From: Callorhinchus milii
Taxonomy: Eukaryota
Assembly: GCF_018977255.1 (NCBI RefSeq)
Contig: NW_024704742.1
Location: 25,732,001-25,796,000 of the forward strand
Reading direction: 5' to 3'
DNA: 64,000 nucleotides
A program made the translations under genes and the position numbers. Below, one piece after another: positions 13,565-24,900 of this stretch (the stretch's first letter is position 1; the number at the start of each line of letters is the position of its first letter). The notes under the pieces were generated by a model, which saw nothing but the letters and a program-made list of their open reading frames with translations, was not told the origin of the DNA and made no database searches.

Positions 13565-13770
13565 TGGAACTTTGCTCCTTAATCTCTGGAACTCTCTGCC
13601 TCAATCCCTCTGGCTCACCACCTCTTTATCTATCTTTAAATTTCACCTGAAGAACCACCTCTTCGACAGTGCCCAAATCCCCTTGTCTCCTACTCAGCAC
13701 AGTGTAGCTCCCCAGACACTATTCTGCTTGAAGGGTGCTATATAAATGCAAGCTGTTATTGTTGTTGTTA
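13565..13770 (+). mobile_element. L2 3'-end fragment
   Basis: CTCTGGAACTCTCT...ACCTCTTCGAC...GCTATATAAATGCAAG(TTG)n aligns by eye with 17920-18178. Confidence 0.75.
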
Positions 13771-14789
13771 CTTATCATAATGCTTCAGACAGGTTACCAA
13801 CTAAAGGAGGCAAATACAGTTTACACTGTAAGATGGATCCTGTTCATAATTTGGCAGAAGAACCTTATACAGGACAATGTCTTTTTAAGGATACCCTTAG
13901 TGCAAATCCTCTTTTCTGTGATTTGGGAGAATGGAATCAGCTTATCCTGGGTTTTCTTATTACAGCTGTAGTCTATACACAGCAGTCTGCTAAAGAGCGA
14001 ATGGCTTTATTTAACATGTCACAGAAGGCTACTGTTGAATCAGAAAGATGGAATGCCTCTCTCAAACAGTAATGCCAATAATTGCCTTCGGATTTAACAC
14101 AAAGAAAGTTTTGGTCTTGGAACAGTCTGGAATGATTTGGCAGTAATTGCTCTAATGCCTAAACACTCTCACAAAGAAAATGGAAAATGACAGATATTTC
14201 AAAAGTTCAATTAGAATAGCGCAAACGGCCTTAACTATCATCTGCAATACCGAGTGACCTTTCTGGCAACACTGTTCTGCACTGAGCAACTAATCCTGCA
14301 TTAGTCATGGGGGACTAAGTTATAAATGTTGTGTGACTTAATATGAAGAAATCATTACAAATATCCAAATGTTAAATTTGCTTGAACAGAAGCATTTTCA
14401 ATGATTTTCTTACAAGCCAGAAATTGCCATTTGGAAGCAAACCACCCAAGGTGCTGTGTCAAGCAAGAGTATTGCTCTTTAGTGCTCTTTACATTAAGCC
14501 TGTTATGGGAGTATTTTAAATGGATAAATGGGACCCTTGCTACAGAGCTTTACATTAAACCTGACTTTTCAACTCTCCTGAAATATCATTACTGCAGGGA
14601 TCCCAATGAACCCAGGACTCTGCCTCCACCTTTGATTGTTTACAAAATGGTATATTTTGGCCATTCAAACTCTTACTTGTAATTCCATTGCCTCCCACCT
14701 TCCCCTATGGACTTATAGCTTTTTAAACATTATCGTTCTGAAGAAGCACCTTATGGGAGTATAGGAGTATCCAGCCTATGGGATAATGC

Positions 14790-17700
14790 CATCCACCTGA
14801 CCGCTCGCTCCCGGTCCCCGCGTGCGCACTATGGCTGCCGCTTTGACCCGAGCCCCCTAGCCCCCTCCCTCCTCCCTCCTCTCTACCCCCAAACCCTCCC
14901 CCCTCTGCATCTCTCCCGCTCTGTCCTCCTCTCTCTCTGTCCCTCTCGCCTTCTATCCCCACTTGACCCTCCTACAACCTCCCTCTGTTCCAGCCTGGGA
15001 ATCCTCCGCCGGGCTCACCGTGGCACTCGGCGTTGGCTGTCCAGCAGCAGCCACACCGACTGCCCCATTCCCCACCACACTCGCCAGCCACCCCGGACAC
15101 AGACCCGGGGAGCCAACCTCTCCTCCCTTACCCAGTTTCCCCCACCCCTGCCTCACAACCTGGACCCCCCTTCCTCCCCACACACCCTTCTGTCAACCGC
15201 TCCCTCCACATCGGACTACAAAACGTCCGCTCCCTCTGTAACAAGGCCCTGGTCATCAACGATCTCATCCTTGATGAGAGCGTTGACATCATGGCCTTAA
15301 CGGAAACCTGGCTCACCCCAGGCGACACCTTCCCCCTCACGGAGGCCACACCACCCGGCTACACCTCCCACCACATCCCTCGCCCCAACCGCCGTGGCGG
15401 TGGTGTAGCCCTTATCTCAAGGACACCACTTGCCCTATCCCCCTACTCCTCTGGCTCTTTCCCCTCTTTCGAGCACCTCACCCTCTCCCACCCCTCCTTC
15501 CTCTCGCTCAAAATCCTCCTCCTCTACCGGCGCCCTAAAACCTCTCCCACCTTCATCTCCGATATTTCGACACTTCTTACATCTCTCTGCCTCTGCTCTG
15601 ATCGCCTCATCATCCTGGGCGACTTCAACCTGCACTTCACCCCCTCCTGCTCCATCTCCTCAGACTTCTCTTCCCTGCTCTCCTCGCTCAACCTCTCCCT
15701 CCACATCAACTCCCCCACTCACAGTCACGGCCACCCACTCGACTTGGTGATCACCCGGGGTCTCGGATGTCACTATCACCGACAAGGCCATCTCCGACCA
15801 CCACTTCATCTCCTTCACCACCTCCACCCACCTCCCCACCTCCACCAGACCCACCACCATCTTCTACCGCCCCGGAAGAAGTTACCCCCACAATCCCTAA
15901 CCGCTGCCTTGGAGTCCTCTGAACTCCTCTCCCTCTGGCCTTCAACCCTCACTGACCCCTCTTCTCCTCTCACCCTCCTCCACAACATCCTCTCCTCCAC
16001 ACTCGATACTCTTGCCCCCATCACCTCCCGTACTGTCTCCTACTCTCGCTCCTCCCCCTGGTTCACCACCCACCTCCGCTCACTGAAAAGCCAGGTGCGG
16101 GCCGCTGAACGCACCTGCGTCAAATCTGGCCTAACGGTCCACCGACAAATCTGGCTGGACCTCCTCAAAATCTACCGCTCCACTCTAGCCTCGGCCAAGT
16201 CGTCCTTCTACTCCAGGATAATCCTGGAGGCGAAGAACAACCCCAGGCTACTGTTTTCTACCACATCCCGACTCCTCCGTCCCCCCCCCCCGCCACCCCG
16301 CGCAGGTCATCTCCTCCAACCTTCACTGCGAGGAGATGCTGGATTTCCTTGAATCCAAAATCAAGGGAATTCGCTCCGCGGTCACTTCCCCTCCAACATC
16401 CACCCACCCCCACCCTCTCCCTCCCACACTCCGACTCCTACCCATCCTCCCCTACACACTTTCGTACCCGTTTCCCCACCCTCTGTCACCAAACTCATCC
16501 TATCCCTGAAACCCACCACCTGCTCCCTTGACCCCATCCCCACTCCACTCCTTATCTCCCAGCTCCACCTCCTTGCCCCACATATCACAGACATCGTCAA
16601 CCTGTCCCTCTCCTCTGGCTCTGTTCCCATTCCCTTAAAAACTGCCACCATCACTCCCACCTTGAAAAAACCCTCCCTTGATGCGTCGCAGCTATCAAGC
16701 TACCGGCCCATCTCCAACCTCCCCTTCCTGTCCAAGGTCCTGGAACGAGTTGTCGCCTCCCAGCTGCGCTCTTTCCTCTCCACCCATTCATTATTCGAAC
16801 CCCTTCAGTCGGGTTTCCGTGCTGCCCATAGCACAGAAACTGCCCTGGTCAAGGTCACCAATGACATCCTGACCATCTGTGACCAGGGCTCCCTCTGCCT
16901 CCTCGTCCTCCTCGACCTATCGGCAGCATTCGATACGGTCGACCATGCTATCCTCCTCCACCGCTTGTCCTCCCACCTCAACCTTCAAGACCCTGTCCTT
17001 GAGTGGTTTAGGTCGCACCTGTCCCACGGTCTTCACTTTGTTTCCACGAATGGCTTTTCCTCCAGCCCCCGCACTGTCTCGTGCGGTGTCCCTCAGGGCT
17101 CTGTCCTCGGTCCCCTCCTCTTCACCCTCTATATGCTCCCCCTTGGTGACATCATCCGCAGACATGGGGTTAACTTCCACATGTATGCGGATGACACCCA
17201 ACTCTACCTTTCCTCCTCTACCCTCAACTCCACGACCACCGATGTCCTGACAGCTGCCTGTCCGACATCGAGTCCTGGACGAGAGACAACTTTCTTCAGC
17301 TCAACGTGCATAAAACTGAGGCCCTCCTGATTGGCTCACGTCAGCGCCTCCGCACCTCAGGCGCTGACACCATCAGCATCCAAGGCTGCACTCTCCACCT
17401 CTCAAAGCCAATCAGGAACCTCGGGGTTCTGTTCGACCCTGAGCTGTCCTTTCTCCCTCATATCCGCACCACAACTGGCACCGCCTTCCATCACCTCCGA
17501 AACATCGCCAGACTACGGCACTACCTCACCCCTCACGCTGCTGAAACTCTGGTCCACGCCTTTATCACCTCAAGGCTGGACTATGGGAACTCTCTCCTCG
17601 ACGGCCTTCCCGGCACCTCCCTCCACAAGCTGCAGGTCATTCAGAACTCTGCAGCTCGTGTACTGTCCCGCACCAGGCTTCGGGACCACATCACTCCCAC

Positions 17701-18178
17701 CCTCGCTCGCCTCCACTGGCTCCCCATCCCCCAGAGGATCGAATTCAAGATCCTCATCCTCACCTACAAGGCCATTCACGGCCTTGCTCCCTCCTACCTC
17801 TCCGACCTACTATCCCCCTACCTACCTGCTCGTACCCTCCGTTCCTCTGGCTCCGGTCTGCTCCACATTCCCCGCCCCAACGCCCTACCATCGGTGGCCG
17901 GGCCTTCAGCCTCTCAGCCCCTAGGCTCTGGAACTCTATCCCCCAGTGCCTTCGCCGCCTCCTCCCTTTCCTCCTTCAAGGCCGGTCTCAAGACCTTTCT
18001 CTTTGACCGTGCCTTCAGCTCCCCTCTCGACTCTCTACCTCTTCCTCGCCCTCTCCCTTCCCTCCCCTTACCATTTCCCCCCTGCTCGGGTCCTGACCCA
18101 ACTGTCCAGCGCCATGGGACGTCCTCCCGACGTGAAAGGCGCTCTATAAATGGAATCTTGTTGTTGTTGTTGTTGTTG
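14790..18178 (+). mobile_element. L2-clade LINE, near-complete ORF2 (APE endonuclease + reverse transcriptase) with frameshifts and intact 3' end
   Basis: Endonuclease motifs GLQNVRSL, ALTETWL, GGGVA, ILGDFN, PTH..GHPLDL and ISDH. RT motifs [46 protein letters not shown] and YADD. L2-type C-terminus SRLDYGNSLL and LHWLPI..RIEFK. (TTG)n tail at 18158-18178. No ORF1 recognised, so probably 5'-truncated. Confidence 0.95.
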
Positions 18179-19264
18179 TATCATTTGCATAGATTTTTCC
18201 ATTATAATAATCCTTGCATTTGATATAGTGCCTTATCTCACCTTCCAGACATCTCAAAGTGATTCACAGAATATACTTAAAGTAAATTGACTGTATTTTG
18301 TGGGAGTGTTATTGTAGAAAGAATCATTATCAACGAGTGTGAAAGATTGTAGTGTTATAAACTGAATTGCTTCCTCATAGGTGACATTTCCTTGAAATCA
18401 CCATTGAAGTCTTCGAAATGTCACACATTTCTCTGGAATGGGAATCCAGGAAAAATCCTTGCTCTGTGGTTTTAGTGGGTTAGACTCCAGCAGTACCCAA
18501 ATGCATATTATGTTGTACCCAAGCCTTGATTCTTGCCAATCTGCACCAAATACTCAACCGGAATGTCCTTCCTCCAGGGAGAGAGACACAGAAAAATTCC
18601 AAGTGTCAGTGGCATACATATGTGGAACTTTCAATATGCTTTGGATATTTTTAGGCATGGTGATGGGTTTCTGTAAGTGTCAGACATCTGGCTGACCAAA
18701 ACAAAAAGTGTGTCATTTATATCACAAGGTAAATCCGGACGTATTAGGCAGTAGTGAAGCAGGGTGCACAAACTTGTCTGTGCTTGAGCTTTGCTTTCAG
18801 TTCAAATTAAAACGAGGCAATGTTAAATTTGAATATTTTACAAAATCTCCATCATCTCTCCATGATGCTATATCAATAGAACTTTTATTGGAGTAACTTT
18901 CTTACTATAATATAAATCCTAAAATAATTTAAAATGTTTTATATTTGAAATATCTTACCCTTCACTGTTCATATTTGTTACCCATTCTGTCAATTCTAAT
19001 TTTCTCATTTTATTTCATTTTGTGCTTTGATTATGTCTTTTGGGTATGTAAACTACCCATTTTCCTTCTATTAAAAGATACAGGCAACTTGTTGACCTGC
19101 TTTCCTCTCTTTCCAAGCCTCTCTCTTTTTTGGAGATGGGATCAGCATCAGAACAATCTGGCTACTGTTTAGTTGAAATCAGGCAGCATAGTCTTGTTTT
19201 ATTTCTGTTGTATTATCTTTCACTATTCACTTTTGTCACCAAAAGCCTAAGGATTGACACGATC

Positions 19265-19820
19265 AGAGCTTCCCCAATGGGCGAGTGAGTAAAGACGATT
19301 GTTCCAGACCATATAGATCAGAAAGTCACAGGTTTAATTCTTAGTCAGTGCTGAGTTAACTGAGTCATTGAGTTGGCTCTGCCCCTAAGCTAACAAAGGG
19401 GAAATTCAGGGAGTGGCTTGATTTTGGTTGCTGTCCAGATAGGGCACATGGGTGGATGTTAGCTGAACATAGAGCATGAGTGTTGCCCTCCCTTGTTTAA
19501 TACCTTGCCAGACATGAGGATCACAATAGCTGCTAGGGTGTGGTGTGTCTGGCTCTGTGAAAGAAAAGTTTCTCTCTTGTCTGTTCAGACAGGGCAGCAG
19601 TTGTGAAACAATTGGCCTCGGTGGCCCTGGGTTAGGGAGGGGAAAAAAACACTCAGGGTTCCAACTCCTGATTCCTATCTGGGAACCTTGCTGGAAGGTG
19701 CATAAGTGTGGATCTCAAATGAGGTCAGGATGTGGTTTGACTTTGACGCTCCCTCTTTGCTTGAATAGGCCACTGAAACTCATTGCCTTGATTGACACAT
19801 GATAACTGGCCACTCCAGTA
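19265..19820 (+). mobile_element. Third SINE-like family, two adjacent partial copies
   Basis: Head-like CAGGTTTAATTCTTAGTCAGTGCTGAGTTA and a body repeated at about 19370-19520 and 19600-19800. Related minus-strand copies lie at about 7330-7670 and 59330-59510. Confidence 0.55.
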
Positions 19821-21657
19821 TGGGTGACCTCTTCGAGGAGAGAAGGAGAGAGGAAAGGGGAGAAAATTAAAAATACAAATTGAGAGGTGTATCATCACAT
19901 TATTCGATGTCAATGTAACATAGGACCACGGAACCACAAGATACCATTGAAGTCCATCAGGAAAGTCCCAAGGTAAAAATAAAGAAGATACATCGGTCTG
20001 CAATAAGCTATCTCTCCCATCCATCAATCAATTTCTTCTCCAAAATTCCCTTTTGAATTTGCTGGCACAATTTGCCTCCATCGCTTACTGGGCACGTCCT
20101 CCGCACATTTTCACGACTATCTGCCTAAAGTTAAATCTGATTAATGTTCCAGAGAGCCATTAAATATGGAGAAGACATTTTAATATATTTTGCTCCGGTT
20201 TGCAGATGAGATGGCATTACCCCTCTCTTCGGAGTTGTCTCAGCAAAGTAGGGATTGAATGTGGCAATTAAACGCAGCACATTATAGTTAAGCAAAGCAA
20301 TTCTAACTTGACAATTCGTGGGGTTCTGTATATGTACTGCACATGTATTTCGTGTAGTACATATTTCTGTTTAATTCAGGGACGCTCATCAAATGCAGAG
20401 CTGAAGCCACAAGTGCATTCCATGCATCCCTTCAATGCTTAACCCTGTGAAGCGCTCTGAGAGGTTCTCCCACGTGAAAATACTACAGCACATGAAATGC
20501 AAGGATTATTATTAAGGGAAGACTGGTTCCGTTGCATTTTATTTAAGATCTGGAAATAGAAATGTCTAAGAAATGATTAATATACTTCGTTTGGGAAACT
20601 AAAGCCAGTGAATTAGTTGTGGGGAGTTAGTAGGTAGATGGCAGGAATATAGTCCAAGACCCTACATAAAATGAAGTCTACACACAGTGAAATGTTGAAT
20701 GGGTCTATCTTCAACTCCGTGTTATATAAAAAAAATCAGCACCTTTTTCCCGCTAGACATTTGTTTACTGAAACCGTTTCTTTTTGTATATCACCATGGC
20801 ATGGGAATATGTAAAACATTATTCAGCTTTCACGTTGCTCTTGGTGAGAATATATGTCTTTCAATAAAGCTACTTGAGAAATATCTCGTGGATACCTTAT
20901 AAAAAGATGCAACGATCTGTCTACTTTATTTATAGTGATTACTATAAGGAGAAACGGGCGCTCGTGTTTAATCCAAAGGCTTCAAAACCTTCATATTAAA
21001 GTTTTTGTAATATTTCATTGATTTGTTAACATGTATATTCACTCCAAGTTGATTCTAAAGTTTCTGTGTCTACTTCACAAAACGTTACGCGGTGGGATTT
21101 AGGAAGTTTCCTACATGATGCACAGAGCAGAACTGTGGGTTACAATAAAGATTGAAACGCTGTTACATTTCTGTGTCTGTAGAAACGCCACAGAACAAAA
21201 CAGAACTGTTAAAACATCGAGATCCTGGAATTAAGATTAATTCGAAAAGATTACTCGTTAAATATTTGTTCTATTTTTGCTGGGGCGGATAAAGGGAGGA
21301 GTGAGTGCAGATTGGGAAAAAAATTGCACCCAACTATAGTTCCTCCGAATACTGTACGCCTGAAAATATCAGAGAAGGATATAAAATGTAATCCGCAACA
21401 AATATACGCAGCTGCAAAGATCAAGATCGCAAAAAAAACCGTGCAATGTATACAAGATTATACTGCAATGCGACTTATATTTATTCGAAGGACAGCAGAA
21501 ATCTGCGGTCTAAAATATAACGAAAACTCTGAAGAATACGAATCTTATAGGAATCTCAAGCTGCGGCATTAAAATGTGCAGCTTCCCAAAGTGCCCAGGT
21601 GGCCAACCTCAATAAAACCCGCTGTAACGGAGCGGTGGCGAGTTTGGAGATGTTCGG

Positions 21658-21979
21658 AATAATAATAATAATAATCCTTGCATTTGATATAGCGCTTTTC
21701 ACGTCGGGAGGACGTCCCAAAGCGCTTCACAGAACACACTGTAAAGTGAATGGACTGTATATTTGTGGGCGAACGCGGCAGCCAATTGCGCACAGCAATG
21801 TCCCACAAACAGTTATAGATTGAAAATGACCAATTTACTATTGTTTTGGGTTTTGGAGGGATTATTATTAGATGTGTGGAGTAAGGAAACTTGCCCAAGG
21901 TTTCGCCCTCTGCCTGGAATTGAACTCAGGTCTCTCACTTGCAAAGCGAGTGCTCTAACCACTGAGCTACAGGACTCCA
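21658..21979 (-). mobile_element. Full-length tRNA-derived SINE with L2-derived 3' tail
   Basis: The minus strand starts GGAGTCCTGTAGCTCAGTGGTTAGAGCACTCGCTTTGCAAG...GAGTTCAATTCC (A box, TGC anticodon-like loop, B box) and ends GGGACGTCCTCCCGACGTGAAAAGCGCTATATCAAATGCAAGG(ATT)n. Confidence 0.92.
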
Positions 21980-24900
21980 TGGAGAGCTTTGAGCAGATAT
22001 CATCAGCTCTCGCACCTTTGTTGATGGGGGAAAATGTGCATTAAATCAGAATAACCTTGCGATTCCGACAGCAGGGTATCAAATCGTTGTTACATCTCTG
22101 CTTGAGTTGCGTGGGTCGCACTGCTCTGACTGACATGCACATAAGGCGCAGAGACATCCATCCACCCATACTTTTTGATGCACAGGCATACATTCTGATG
22201 CGCGCCTCTTATCTTTCGTTAACGTTTCTTTTTAAGTAAATTGGGGAAAATAGCAGTTTCTGCCGTGGGTCGAAAAATGCTTATTTTCGTCCAAACTAAT
22301 ATTCCGAGTGAACGCGCTCCAGGTCGGTTCTCAATGCGGAAAAAAAAAAGAGTCAAGAAGGAACAAACGATAAAAAAAACAGTGTCACGGTTGATCCAAT
22401 CGATTCATTGAACTGGGTCAATAAAAATGGGTCGCGATTAGTTTGGGACTCGAAGCGTTTTGAAGGATCGTGTGGGGCGGGGATTATTGATGTTTCCAAA
22501 TGTAAAAGGGTTCGTTATCTTTTCAGCCCATCAGAGAGGTAAAGTTGCTGCTGCCCCTGAGCGTCCTGCAACACTACAATTCCCAGCGTGCAGTGGAGGT
22601 GAGCACTCACTCCACAGTGGTGTCCTGTGCCTGACTCGGGAGAGAGCAGCAAACTCCGTGCATCTCACCAGGGGCTGGGACTCAGTCTGTGTCAGACCCG
22701 TGTCGAGTCTCGTGTGTATTATATGAATTGACTCGCATCCCATTTCTGTTCCTGCTTTGCATTTATTCTGGGCTATCCCACATATTTACATTTTAGCATG
22801 AAGCATGGACCCTTAAAGAAGTTTAACGGATTGCAGGGCTAGTTTTAAACAGTTTTAAAGTTCGCGCCTCTCGATGAACCGTCATACGACTGTGCAAATA
22901 GGTGAAAACTCTCTGAATGTACACGTTTGCCTGTAGGGCTGTCATTGTTTTTCATATTTCATAATTATTACACTGGTGCGTTGCGCGTTCGGACTGACAG
23001 TCTGTTCCCATCGTTGTAAAAAAAAACAGCTGATTAAAATATCATTTGCTGTGAACCTGACCGATGGTTCACATTAAGAGATTGTTTCAGTTTTCAATGC
23101 AATGTTCAGCACAACAGCACAACAGCACAACAGCGGGACCCGCTGATGCCCTGACACATAACAACTAACTTTTAACTTTGAAACGTCGTGGAATGGCTCT
23201 GGAGAGAGGAGGCGCTTTTTTTTTGTTGAGCATCTCAACTCAGAAAACTGTGCTGGATCGTGTTAAATCATAACCACGCACGTCCCCTGGAAGGGCTGCA
23301 GTCGCTTTAACCCGGCGAGAGCCCTTCTTGAACAACAACAACAACAACAACAACGTGATCGCTGGTTGTCAAACTTTCAGAAGATGATCGTGACCTGATT
23401 TACGAGTTTCCCTACTGTTGCACTTTGATCGTCTGATCCATCCTCGCTGACACACCGGTTGCTTATCGTTGTAGCCTCGCTTGTTGCTCAGTTCACCAGT
23501 GCAGGGGAGAAACGTGCTCTGGACTATTTTTATATTGTTATACTGGAAGGAAAACATGCCTGCGTTTGGCAGCCCTAATCTGTCTCTCCTTCTCTGCTAA
23601 TGGGAAAGAAATGTGCCACTATAAATTTTGTCTGCGGATATCGTGTTTTGTGTAATGGTCTGTAAACTGGACTTGAATCATTGCATTCAGCTGTACTCAG
23701 TAATAATCACTAATAGCCGATAGCTTAATCGAGGGGGAGATGAGCTAAAGAATAAACTGCACTTCCCATTATTTATACCCAACATTTAGTAAATATTGCG
23801 CGTGTATTCTTACCAACAAATGCATTACCTTTAACCCATTGTTGTGCACCGCCGTTCTTTGTGATATATAATAGTTCCTGGCGCATTTTAGAATGGTAAA
23901 TATATGCAATAAATAATCTTTTTTTTTGCATAAACGTACGACTCTGAAAACCTTCTGATTTCTTTTGAATTCGTATTATTTTCGTTTATTTTTAAATTCT
24001 GCGTTTTAACTTGTTGGTTTTTGAAAACAGGCGTGTTTTGCTCCTTGAAATTGTAATTTCCTTTTTTTTAAAAAAAACTATTTGAAGTGTGTGTGTGTTT
24101 GTGGGGTGGGGGGTGGGTGTGTGTGTGTAGTGGATGGGGAGAGAAATAACAGCGAAATATTATGATACAAAATCACGACAATAAAGTGCACAGATACTGT
24201 ACGTCTGTGCGAGTCAGTGATCATAGGGTTAATAGACCCAGGACTTGTGTATGGCGCCCGATCGCAGCTTGTGAGTGAATGGATGGGTGGATGAGAGTGC
24301 TTTACTCTATACCATGCACCCCGCAGCTTCCATCAAATGTCAATCTGAAACAACGATCGTTCCCATTTGCAAATGTACCCTTTTTTTTCCCCAAAAAATC
24401 ATTTTAGTTAACGGATTCCGATCAAACAGGATTTTGCCAATGCAACGCTTTCCTATAAGAAATCCGAAGGATTAACTAATAACTGGGACATATTAAATGG
24501 ACGTACTGTATATAATATTGTTACTCCGGAACAAATTTGTTGGTTACATATTTAATAATCATCCACATTAGAACATTTAAAACACGCTGTACAGAGTAGA
24601 TATATTATTTTTAAATCGTGCACTTTTCATGCCCGCCGCATATATTTGCACTCGATAAACATCTTTAAATGGATATAAGCCACCTCATATCGAGTGAAAT
24701 TTCATCTCTGAAATATTTTTTTTACAGGTAGGATGGACTCGGGGCAATTGAAATGGTCGTATCTGATCGCACCTAAACTCAGCCGATTTTAAAAGGCTGA
24801 TGGCATTAAGTTAAATGTGTTGGAGCAGTTATTTTATGTTGTGTACTTGCACATCCAGTCATTCAACAACAACAACAAACAACAACAGCAAGATTGCATT

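Noticed and set aside
14790..18178. Domesticated RT gene or programmed frameshifting
   Set aside because: Multiple scattered frameshifts and a normal retrotransposon tail fit a decayed or mis-assembled L2 copy.
21910..21979. Apparent tRNA-Ala gene (also at about 57430-57496)
   Set aside because: It is the head of a SINE, continuous with the SINE body and tail and without a proper acceptor stem.
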